Source: Eledone cirrhosa (Eukaryota). From it: DNA of 64,000 bases. The DNA lies in NCBI GenBank assembly GCA_964016885.1, contig OZ024752.1, positions 34,162,001 through 34,226,000 on the forward strand. Direction: 5' to 3'. The notes beneath the pieces are model-generated. The model was not told the DNA's origin. It saw only the letters and a program-made list of their open reading frames with translations, and did no database searches. Position 1 is the stretch's first letter, and every line of letters begins with the position of its first letter. A program made the position numbers and the translations under genes. Positions 52,572 to 63,300 of the stretch are shown here, piece by piece.

Positions 52572-53225
52572 AATTCATAAAACCATAACCCCCAAAACAC
52601 TCCATAATACAATAGACACCTAAACAATTCATAATACCATAGACCCCCAAAACAATTCATAATACCATAGACACCTAAACAATCCATAATACCATAGACC
52701 CCTAAACAATCCATAAAACCATAACCCCTAAACAATCCATAAAACCATAACCCCTAAACAATCCATAATACCATAGACCCCTAAACAATCCATAATACCA
52801 TAACCCCTAAACAATCCATAATACCATAGACCCCTAAACAATCCATAATACCATAACCCCTAAACAATCCATATTACCATAGACCCCTAAACAACCCATA
52901 ATACCATAGACCCCCTAAACAATCCATAATACCATAGACCCCTAAACAATCCATAATACCATAGACCCCTAAACAACCCATAATACCATAGACCCCTAAA
53001 CAATCCATAATACCATAGACCCCTAAACAATCCATAATACCATAACCCCTAAACAACCCATAATACCATAGACCCCTAAACAATCCATAATACCATAGAC
53101 CCCTAAACAATCCATAATACCATAACCCCTAAACAACCCATAATACCATAGACCCCTAAACAATCCATAATACCATAGACCCCTAAACAACCCATAATAC
53201 CATAGACCCCTAAACAATTCATAAT
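52572..53225. repeat. 26/27-bp minisatellite (AAACAATCCATAATACCATAGACCCCT), ~24 copies
   Basis: Seen directly. Confidence 0.95.
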
Positions 53226-53268
53226 TTATATGAATTGTTGGTGAATAATTTAGTTAAAGATACCTTGA

Positions 53269-53440
53269 CAAGGCCAGCAATTACCCCCAGTGCATTACTG
53301 GTACTTTATTTTATCGACCCCGTAAGGATGAAAGGCAAAGTTAACCTCGGCGGGATTTGAACTCAGATCGTAAAGGGACGTAACTCTTTGCGTCAAAACA
53401 TGGCGTCCGTCCCTCTACTGATACTGCCAATCCACCGCCC
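53269..53440 (-). mobile_element. Family A SINE with 14-bp TSD
   Basis: TAAAGATACCTTGA at 53255-53268 and 53441-53454. Confidence 0.92.
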
Positions 53441-53505
53441 TAAAGATACCTTGATAATGTAAGTTATTATGTACTTTGTGAAATACATATGTCTTCTTAC
53501 CGAGT

Positions 53506-54085
53506 ATGTGTGTGTGTCAGTTTGTGTGTGTGTGTGTCAGTCTGTGTGTGTGTGTGTGTCAGTCTGTGTGTGTGTGTCAGTCTGTGTGTGTGTGTGTGTG
53601 AGTCAGTCTGTGTGTGTGTGAGTGTGTGTGTGTGTGTGTGAGTCTGTGTGTGTGTCAGTCTGTGTGTGTGTGTGTGTGTGGTGTGTGTCAGTCTGTGTGT
53701 GTGTGTGTGTGTGTCAGTGTGTGTGTGTGTGTGTGAGTCAGTCTGTGTGTGTGTGTGTGTGTGTGTGTGAGTCAGTTTGTGTGTGTGTGAGTCAGTTTGT
53801 GTGTGTGTCAGTCTGTGTGTGTGTGTGTGTGTGAGTCTGTGTGTGCGTGTGTGTGTGTGTGTGTGTCAGTCTGTGTGTGTGTGTGAGTCTGTGTGTGTGT
53901 GTGTGAGTCTGTGTGTGTGTGTGAGTCTGTGTGTGTGTGTGAGTCTGTGTGTGTGTGTCAGTCTGTGTGTGTGTCAGTCTGTGTGTGTGTGTATCAGTCT
54001 GTGTGTGTGTGTGTCAGTCTGTGTGTGTGTGTGTGTGTGTGTCAGTCTGTCTGTGTCTGTGTGTGTGTCAGTCTGTCCGTCTGTC
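53506..54085. repeat. (TG)n microsatellite punctuated by CAGTC/AGTC
   Basis: Seen directly. Confidence 0.95.
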
Positions 54086-54099
54086 CATGTCTGTGTTTA

Positions 54100-54380
54100 T
54101 GTCAACCTGGGAAAACCAAACTAGTGTCTCAAATTGTGTCTTTCTATGCCAAAAATATAAACCAGCCTGCAGCAGACCCAAAGGTAGACCCCCCCACCCC
54201 ACCCCAGCAAGATCATTGGATAATATCCATAAGCTTGGCTGGTCTCACTTGGGGATCCAGCCGGATCAATTGGAGATGGTTGCTTCTGACAGGATCAACT
54301 GGAAGGAATGTTTAAGGATTCTTCCCCCCCCCCCCCATCTCAGGAATAAGTGGGTGAAGACAAAGAAGGAGAAGAAGATA
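54100..54380 (+). mobile_element. RTE/Expander-like LINE 3' end fragment
   Basis: Translates SRPKGRP...[37 protein letters not shown], resembling RTE/Expander C-termini (RPxGRP...WxxLGIxPxxL..VA.DR..W...L.LLPP), followed by an (AAG)n-like tail. Confidence 0.7.
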
Positions 54381-54445
54381 TGATAACTAAAAACTAATGA
54401 AATAAATGCTGGACTAGAATAAACAACTGGATGAAGATATGATCG

Positions 54446-55127
54446 ATGGAAATGTTTGAAGGTGGTGCCCCAGCATGGCCACAGTCTAATGACAAACACA
54501 TAAGAGAATATGTGTAGATATATATATTATAAATAATATATTACCATAAACTAGAACCATATACTATAATGACAGATCTTACAATGGAAATATTTGAAGG
54601 TGGTGCCCCAGCATGGCCACAGTCTAATGACAAACACATAAGAGAATATGTGTAGATATATATTAGAAATAATATATTCCCATAAACTAGAACCATATAC
54701 TATAATGACAGATCTTACAATGGAAATGTTTGAAGGTGGTGCCCCAGCATGGCCACAGTCTAATGACAAACACATAAGAGAATATGTGTAGATATATATT
54801 ATAAATAATATATTCCCATAAACTAGAACCATATACTATAATGACAGATCTTACAATGGAAATGTTTGAAGGTGGTACCCCAGCATGGCCACTGTCTAAT
54901 GACAAACACATAAGAGAATATGTGTAGATATATATTATAAATAATATATTCCCATAAACTAGAACCATATACTATAATGACAGATCTTACAATGGAAATG
55001 TTTGAAGGTGGTACCCCAGCATGGCCACTGTCTAATGACAAACACATAAGAGAATATGTGTAGATATATATTATAAATAATATATTACCATAGACTAGAA
55101 CCATATACTATAATGACAGATCTTACA
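54446..55127. repeat. 136-bp tandem repeat, 5 copies, each containing a SINE-tail-like segment
   Basis: Units start at 54446, 54584, 54720, 54856 and 54992. Each contains GAAGGTGGTGCCCCAGCATGGCCACAGTCTAATGAC. Confidence 0.95.
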
Positions 55128-55338
55128 ACAAGAATAATCTACTAAACATCCTCTAAGTATGAAGAACAGATGATTTCCCAGGAGTAGATGGACATTAAAA
55201 CATAGACAACAACAACAACAACAACAACAACAGCAGCATCAAACAGTAAAAATACTATCAGAATATAAATAGTAGTTGGCAGTTAAAATATATGATATAT
55301 ACAACATCTATATGATACATATTATTTATGACATATAT

Positions 55339-55530
55339 GGCGGTGGATTGGCAGTATCGGTAGAGGGTCGGATGCCATGCTTTGACGCATAGAGTTACAG
55401 CCCTTGTCATTCTGAGTTCAAATCCCGCCGAGGTTGACTTTGCCTTTCATCCTTACGGGGTCGATAAAATAAAGTACCAGTAATGCACTGGGTAATTGCT
55501 GGCCTTGTGCCAAAAAGTAGAAACAATTAT
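55339..55530 (+). mobile_element. Full-length family A tRNA-derived SINE (Nin/Deu-like core) with 18-bp TSD
   Basis: Pol III A-box TGGCAGTATCGG and B-box GAGTTCAAATCC. ATTATTTATGACATATAT at 55321-55338 and 55526-55543. Confidence 0.93.
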
Positions 55531-55581
55531 TTATGACATATATACATTATGCTCAATAAACATGTCACATATATGCAAGAG

Positions 55582-55950
55582 CATCATTTTACGTCCGCTT
55601 TTCCCTGCTTGCAAGGGTGGGACGGGAATCGATTCTGGCTTGATTTCTACAGCTGGATGCCCTTCCTAACACCAACCTCATTTACAGTGAGTGCTGGGTG
55701 CTTTTTTCCGTGGCGCCTACATGTCCAATTTACAGTGTGGGATGGGTGCTTTTTTGCTGTGGCACCTCCACGACCACTTTGCAGTGGAATGATAGGGACC
55801 CCAGTCCCTATCATCTCATTTCTACAGCTGAGTAAACTGTAGCAATGTGAAATAAAGTGTCTTGCTCAAAGAAACAACACATCACCCGGTCTGAGAATTG
55901 AACTCACACCCTTTCGATTAAAAGGCCAATGCTCTAACCGCTAAGCCATG
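55582..55950 (-). mobile_element. tRNA-derived SINE with CORE-like domain and family B 3' end
   Basis: Minus strand: A-box TGGCTTAGCGG, B-box GAGTTCAATTC, CORE-like GTTTCTTTGAGCAAGACACTTTATTTCAC, then GTTAGGAAGGGCATCCAGC and the GGACGTAAAATGATG tail. Confidence 0.85.
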
Positions 55951-55982
<32 letters not shown>

Positions 55983-56110
55983 CACACATACAAATATAAA
56001 GGCATATAATATGTATATAAATATATATATGTGTGTGTGTGTGTGTGTACAAATATATATGTGTGTATAAATATATAAGTGTGTGTATATATATATCTAT
56101 ATATATATAT

Positions 56111-56197
56111 ATAATACCATAAAGAGAGACAAACACAAATATATACATATATGTGTTCAAATCACAAGAGAGTGTTTGTCTCTCTTTGTGGTATTAT
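56111..56197. repeat. Inverted repeat, 26-bp arms, 35-nt spacer
   Basis: ATAATACCATAAAGAGAGACAAACAC (56111-56136) / GTGTTTGTCTCTCTTTGTGGTATTAT (56172-56197), 1 mismatch, directly after (TA)n. Confidence 0.9.
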
Positions 56198-56386
56198 TAG
56201 GATCGGAAATTTTTTTCCTTGAGCTATTTTGATTATAAGGGACTAATTTGAGTTTTTAACTCAATATATACTTTTGATATATATATATATATATATATAT
56301 ATCATCATCATCATCATCTTTGTTTAAAGTCCATTTTCCACGCTAGCATGGGTTAGACGGGAGAATATATATATATATATATATAT

Positions 56387-56673
56387 ATACAATATTAACA
56401 AATGGAAACTATATTCTAACAGTAATGGTTGCATTTTTTAAGGGTATGTCAATATTTATTTATAAAACTGATCTATATTATATTTTGTCTGATGAAAGCA
56501 CACCATAATTTAACTTGGTGTCCTTGAAATATGTATAATGAAATAAATATGGTTTTATAAATATAGTTTCCATTTGTTAATATTGTATGTTTACTCCAAA
56601 TACTTGTTGAGTGCTTTATATCAGTTATAAAAAATATTTGCTTGTTGTATCCCAACAATTTAAATAGAACTTT

Positions 56674-56677
<4 letters not shown>
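56387..56677 (+). mobile_element. Putative Penelope-like pseudo-LTR remnant between (TA)n tracts, with a 29-bp inverted segment
   Basis: Perfect IR at 56387-56415 / 56560-56588 encloses a hammerhead motif followed by AATAAA. A related copy lies at 48590-48739. No RT or GIY-YIG ORF is visible, so the PLE assignment is inferred. Confidence 0.6.
56481..56545 (+). ncRNA. Type I hammerhead ribozyme motif
   Basis: Stem I TATTTTGT(56481-88)/ATGAAATA(56538-45), 8 bp with 2 G-U. CTGATGA 56489-95. Stem II AAGCACACCA/TGGTGTCCTT (9/10). GAAA 56526-29. Minimal near-palindromic stem III ATATGTAT. Predicted cleavage after AUA at 56537. Confidence 0.82.
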
Positions 56678-56707
<30 letters not shown>

Positions 56708-56713
<6 letters not shown>

Positions 56714-56890
56714 CACCCAGCCCACACTATAAAGTCGACGTGTAGTCGCCACGGAAAAAAGCGCCCAGCATTCACTGTAAATGAGGTTGGTGTTAGGAAG
56801 GGCATCCAGCTGTAGAAATCAAGCCAGAATCGGTTCCCGTCCCACCCTTACAAGCAGGGAAAAGCGGACGTAAAATGATGATGATGATGA

Positions 56891-56894
<4 letters not shown>
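56708..56894 (+). mobile_element. 3' part of the CORE-like/family B SINE
   Basis: Reverse complement of 55582-55755; (GAT)n tail. Confidence 0.85.
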
Positions 56895-56939
<45 letters not shown>

Positions 56940-57043
56940 TATATCATATTTAAAATGCTGGAGAGAACAACAAAGATTTATATTTATATATATATATATA
57001 CACACATATAAGTGCGCGCAAACACACACACACAAAACTACTA

Positions 57044-57320
57044 TTTACTATTAGTGAAAGTTTCTCTGGGGAAGAACGCACCTGTCAACATAGGTTAGTG
57101 ATTAGTAACTCTAGAGAAGAAACTAGACACACACAGAAACCTAAGACGGGCCTAGAGAAGCTTAAAGAGCTTTCAAACACTTGACAAGGAGAATGAGGAG
57201 TTAGAAATACATAACATGGTGGACCACTGGGAACTCCAAGAAAACCTAACAAAGACCACAGATGAGGTCTATGGTTGGGAAAAAGGTACCAGCCAGACAG
57301 ATGGTGATGTGGTGGTGGTG
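57044..57320 (+). mobile_element. Decayed RTE-like LINE ORF fragment (end of the AP endonuclease domain to the WWW linker motif)
   Basis: 57062 onward reads FSGEERTCQHRLVISNSR. 57222 onward reads DHWELQENLTKTTDEVYGWEK, then after a 1-nt shift VPARQMVMWWW. The order GEE..QHRLV ... W...L...DEVxG....WW is typical of RTE-type ORFs. Confidence 0.7.
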
Positions 57321-60300
57321 GTGGTGGTTGGGGAAAGGTACCAGGCAGACAGAAGGTGATGTGGTGGTGGTGGTGGTGGTTGGGAAAAAGGTACCAGCCA
57401 GACAGAAGGTGATGTGGTGGTGGTGGTGGTGGTTGGGGAAAAGGTACCAGGCAGACAGAAGGTGATGTGGTGGTGGTGGTGGTGGTGGTGGTTGGGGAAA
57501 AGGTACCAGCCAGACAGAAGGTGATGTGGTGGTGGTGGTTGGGGAAAAGGTACCAGCCAGACAGAAGGTGATGTGGTGGTGGTGGTGGTTGGGGAAAAGG
57601 TACCAGCCAGACAGAAGGTGATGTGGTGGTGGTGTGGTGGTTGGGGAAAGGTACCAGCCAGACAGAAGGTGATGTGGTGGTGGTGGTGGTGGTTGGGGAA
57701 AGGTACCAGCCAGACAGAAGGTGATGTGGTGGTGGTGGTGGTGGTGGTTGGGGAAAAGGTACCAGCAAGACAGAAGGTGATATGTGGTGGTGGTTGGGGA
57801 AAAGGTACCAGGCAGACAGAAGGTGATGTGGTGGTGGTTGTGGAAAAGGTACCAGGCAGACAGAAGGTGATGTGGTGGTGGGGTGGTGGTTGGGGAAAAG
57901 GTACCGGGCAGACAGAAGGTGATGTGGTGGTGGGGTGGTGGTTGGGGAAAAGGTACCAGCCAGACAGAAGGTGATGTGGTGGTGGGGTGGTGGTTGGGGA
58001 AAAGGTACCAGGCAGACAGAAGGTGATGTGGTGGTGGGGTGGTGGTTGGGGAAAAGGTACCAGGCAGACAGAAGGTGATGTGGTGGTGGTGGTTGGGGAA
58101 AAGGTACCAGGCAGACAGAAGGTGATGTGGTGGTGGGGTGGTGGTTGGGGAAAAGGTACCGGGCAGACAGAAGGTGATGTGGTGGTGGGGTGGTGGTTGG
58201 GGAAAAGGTACCAGACAGAAGGTGATGTGGTGGTGGTGGTGGTGGTGGTTGGGGAAAAGGTACCAGCCAGACAGAAGGTGATGTGGTGGTGGTGGTTGGG
58301 GAAAAGATACCAGGCAGACAGAAGGTGATGTGGTGGTGGTGGTGGTGGTGGTTGGGGAAAAGGTACCAGTCAGACAGAAGGTGATGTGGTGGTGGTGGTG
58401 GTGGTTGGGGAAAGGTACCAGCCAGACAGAAGGTGATGTGGTGGTGGTGGTGGTGGTTGGGGAGAAGGTACCAGGCAGACAGAAGGTGATGTGGTGGTGG
58501 TGTGGTGGTTGGGGAAAAGGTACCAGTCAGACAGAAGGTGATGTGGTGGTGGTGTGGTGGTTGGGGAAAAGGTACCAGTCAGACAGAAGGTGATGTGGTG
58601 GTGGTTGGGGAAAAGGTACCAGCCAGACAGAAGGTGATGTGGTGGTGGTGGTGGTGGTTGGGGAGAAGGTACCAGGCAGACAGAAGGTGATGTGGTGGTG
58701 GTGGTGGTGGTGGTTGGGGAAAAGGTACCAGCCAGACAGAAGGTGATGTGGTGGTGGTGGTGGTGGTTGGGGAAAAGGTACCAGCCAGACAGAAGGTGAT
58801 GTGGTGGTGGTGGTGGTGGTGGTGGTTGGGGAAAAGGTACCAGCCAGACAGAAGGTGATGTGGTGGTGGTGGTGGTGGTTGGGGAGAAGGTACCAGGCAG
58901 ACAGAAGGTGATGTGGTGGTGGTGGTGGTGGTGGTTGGGGAAAAGGTACCAGCCAGACAGAAGGTGATGTGGTGGTGGTGGTGGTGGTTGGGGAAAAGGC
59001 ACCAGCCAGACAGAAGGTGATGTGGTGGTGGTGGTTGGGGAAAAGGTACCAGCCAGACAGAAGGTGATGTGGTGGTGGTGGTGGTGGTGGTGGTTGGGGA
59101 AAAGGTACCAGCCAGACAGAAGGTGATGTGGTGGTGGTGGTGGTGGTGGTTGGGGAAAAGGTACCAGGCAGACAGAAGGTGATGTGGTGGTGGTGGTGGT
59201 GGTGGTTGGGGAAAAGGTACCAGCCAGACAGAAGGTGATGTGGTGGTGGTGGTGGTGGTGGTTGGGGAAAAGGTACCAGCCAGACAGAAGGTGATGTGGT
59301 GGTGGTGGTTGGGGAAAAGGTACCAGCCAGACAGAAGGTGATGTGGTGGTGGTGGTGGTGGTTGGGGAAAAGGTACCAGCCAGACAGAAGGTGATGTGGT
59401 GGTGGTGGTGGTTGGGGAAAAGGTACCAGGCAGACAGAAGGTGATGTGGTGGTGGTGGTGGTGGTTGGGGAAAAGGTACCAGGCAGACAGAAGGTGATGT
59501 GGTGGTGGTGGTGGTTGGGGAAAAGGTACCAGGCAGATAGAAGGTGATGTGGTGGTGGTGGTGGTGGTTGGGGAAAAGGTACCAGGCAGACAGAAGGTGA
59601 TGTGGTGGTGGTGGTGGTGGTTGGGGAAAAGGTACCAGGCAGACAGAAGGTGATGTGGTGGTGGTGGTGGTGGTTGGGGAAAAGGTACCAGCCAGACAGA
59701 AGGTGATGTGGTGGTGGTGGTGGTGGTGGTTGGGGAAAAGGTACCAGGCAGACAGAAGGTGATGTGGTGGTGGTGGTGGTCGGGGGAAAAGGTACCAGGC
59801 AGACAGAAGGTGATGTGGTGGTGGTGGTGGTGGTTGGGGAAAAGGTACCAGCCAGACAGAAGGTGATGTGGTGGTGGTGGTGGTGGTTGGGGAAAAGGTA
59901 CCAGCCAGACAGAAGGTGATGAGGTGGTGGTGGTGGTGGTGGTTGGGGAAAAGGTACCAGGCAGACAGAAGGTGATGTGGTGGTGGTTGGGGAAAAGGTA
60001 CCAGGCAGACAGAAGGTGATGTGGTGGTGGTGGTGGTCGGGGGAAAAGGTACCAGGCAGACAGAAGGTGATGTGGTGGTGGTGGTGGTGGTTGGGGAAAA
60101 GGTACCAGCCAGACAGAAGGTGATGTGGTGGTGGTGGTGGTGGTGGTTGGGGAAAAGGTACCAGGCAGACAGAAGGTGATGTGGTGGTGGTTGGGGAAAA
60201 GGTACCAGGCAGACAGAAGGTGATGTGGTGGTGGTGGTGGTTGGGGAAAAGGTACCAGGCAGACAGAAGGTGATGTGGTGGTGGTTGGGGAAAAGGTACC

Positions 60301-63300
60301 AGCCAGACAGAAGGTGATGTGGTGGTGGGGTGGTGGTTGGGGAAAAGGTACCAGCCAGACAGAAGGTGATGTGGTGGTGGTGGTGGTGGTGGTTGGGGAA
60401 AAGGTACCAGCCAGACAGAAGGTGATGTGGTGGTGGTCGGGGGAAAAGGTACCAGCCAGACAGAAGGTGATGTGGTGGTGGTGGTGGTGGTGGTGGTTGG
60501 GGAAAAGGTACCAGGCAGACAGAAGGTGATGTGGTGGTGGTCGGGGGAAAAGGTACCAGGCAGACAGAAAGTGATGTGGTGGTGGTGGTGGTGGTGGTTG
60601 GGGAAAAGGTACCAGGCAGACAGAAGGTGATGTGGTGGTGGTCGGGGGAAAAGGTACCAGCCAGACAGAAGGTGATGTGGTGGTGGTGGTGGTGGTTGGG
60701 GAAAGGTACCAGCCAGACAGAAGGTGATGTGGTGGTGGTGGTGGTTGGGGAAAAGGTACCAGCCAGACAGAAGGTGATGTGGTGGTGGTGGTGGTGGTGG
60801 TTCGGGAAAAGGTACCAGCCAGACAGAAGGTGATGTGGTGGTGGTGGTGGTTGGGGAAAAGGTACCAGGCAGACAGAAGGTGATGTGGTGGTGGTCGGGG
60901 GAAAAGGTACCAGCCAGACAGAAGGTGATGTGGTGGTGGTGGTGGTGGTGGTTGGGGAAAAGGTACCAGGCAGACAGAAGGTGATGTGGTGGTGGTGGTG
61001 GTAGTTGGGGAAAAGGTACCAGGCAGACAGAAGGTGATGTGGTGGTGGTGGTGGTTGGGGAAAAGATACCAGGCAGACAGAAGGTGATGTGGTGTGGTGG
61101 TGGTGGTTGGGGAAAAGGTACCAGCCAGACAGAAGGTGATGTGGTGGTGTGGTGGTGGTTGGGGAAAAGGTACCAGCCAGACAGAAGGTGATGTGGTGGT
61201 GGTGGTGGTGGTTGGGGAAAAGGTACCAGCCAGACAGAAGGTGATGTGGTGGTGTGGTGGTGGTTGGGGAAAAGGTACCAGCCAGACAGAAGGTGATGTG
61301 GTGGTGTGGTGGTGGTTGGGGAAAAGGTACCAGCCAGACAGAAGGTGATGTGGTGGTGGTGGTGGTGGTGGTGGTTGGGAAAAAGGTACCAGGCAGACAG
61401 AAGGTGATGTGGTGGTGGTGGTGGTTGGGGAAAAGGTACCAGGCAGACAGAAGGTGATGTGGTGGTGTGGTGGTGGTTGGGGAAAAGGTACCAGCCAGAC
61501 AGAAGGTGATGTGGTGGTGTGGTGGTGGTTGGGGAAAAGGTACCAGCCAGACAGAAGGTGATGTGGTGGTGTGGTGGTGGTTGGGGAAAAGGTACCAGCC
61601 AGACAGAAGGTGATGTGGTGGTGGTGGTGGTGGTGGTGGTTGGGAAAAAGGTACCAGGCAGACAGAAGGTGATGTGGTGGTGGTGGTGGTTGGGGAAAAG
61701 GTACCAGCCAGACAGAAGGTGATGTGGTGGTGGTGGTGGTTGGGAAAAAGGTACCAGGCAGACAGAAGGTGATGTGGTGGTGGTGGTGGTTGGGGAAAAG
61801 GTACCAGTCAGACTGAAGGTGATGTGGTGGTGGTGGTGGTTGGGGAAAAGGTACCAGTCAGACAGAAGGTGATGTGGTGGTGGTGGTGGTTGGGGAAAAG
61901 GTACCAGCCAGACAGAAGGTGATGTGGTGGTGGTGGTGGTGGTGGTGGTTGGGAAAAAGGTACCAGGCAGACAGAAGGTGATGTGGTGGTGGTGGTGGTT
62001 GGGGAAAAGGTACCAGCCAGACAGAAGGTGATGTGGTGGTGGTGGTGGTTGGGGAAAAGGTACCAGGCAGACAGAAGGTGATGTGGTGGTGGTTGGGGAA
62101 AAGGTACCAGCCAGACAGAAGGTGATGTGGTGGTGGGGTGGTGGTTGGGGAAAAGCTACCGGGCAGACAGAAGGTGATGTGGTGGTGGGGTGGTGGTTGG
62201 GGAAAAGGTACCGGGCAGACAGAAGGTGATGTGGTGGTGGGGTGGTGGTTGGGGAAAAGGTACCGGGCAGACAGAAGGTGATGTGGTGGTGGGGTGGTGG
62301 TTTATGGAAAAGGTACCGGGCAGACAGAAGGTGATGTGGTGGTGGGGTGGTGGTTGGGGAAAAGGTACCAGCCAGACAGGTGATGTGGTGGTGGTGGTGG
62401 TTGGGGAAAAGGTACCAGGTAGACAGAAGGTGATGTGGTGGTGGTTGGGGAAAAGGTACCAGGCAGACAGAAGGTGATGTGGTGGTGGTGGTGGTGGTTG
62501 GGGAAAAGGTACCAGCCAGACAGAAGGTGATGTGGTGGTGGTGGTGGTGGTTGGGGAAAAGGTACCAGCCAGACAGAAGGTGATGAGGTGGTGGTGGTGG
62601 TGGTGGTTGGGGAAAAGGTACCAGGCAGACAGAAGGTGATGTGGTGGTGGTTGGGGAAAAGGTACCAGGCAGACAGAAGGTGATGTGGTGGTGGTGGTGG
62701 TCGGGGGAAAAGGTACCAGGCAGACAGAAGGTGATGTGGTGGTGGTGGTGGTGGTTGGGGAAAAGGTACCAGCCAGACAGAAGGTGATGTGGTGGTGGTG
62801 GTGGTGGTGGTTGGGGAAAAGGTACCAGGCAGACAGAAGGTGATGTGGTGGTGGTTGGGGAAAAGGTACCAGGCAGACAGAAGGTGATGTGGTGGTGGTG
62901 GTGGTTGGGGAAAAGGTACCAGGCAGACAGAAGGTGATGTGGTGGTGGTTGGGGAAAAGGTACCAGCCAGACAGAAGGTGATGTGGTGGTGGGGTGGTGG
63001 TTGGGGAAAAGGTACCAGCCAGACAGAAGGTGATGTGGTGGTGGTGGTGGTGGTGGTTGGGGAAAAGGTACCAGCCAGACAGAAGGTGATGTGGTGGTGG
63101 TCGGGGGAAAAGGTACCAGCCAGACAGAAGGTGATGTGGTGGTGGTGGTGGTGGTGGTTGGGGAAAAGGTACCAGGCAGACAGAAGGTGATGTGGTGGTG
63201 GTCGGGGGAAAAGGTACCAGGCAGACAGAAAGTGATGTGGTGGTGGTGGTGGTGGTGGTTGGGGAAAAGGTACCAGGCAGACAGAAGGTGATGTGGTGGT

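Noticed and set aside
55339-55430. tRNA gene
   Set aside because: The A/B boxes belong to a multi-copy SINE head with a TSD; there is no cloverleaf.
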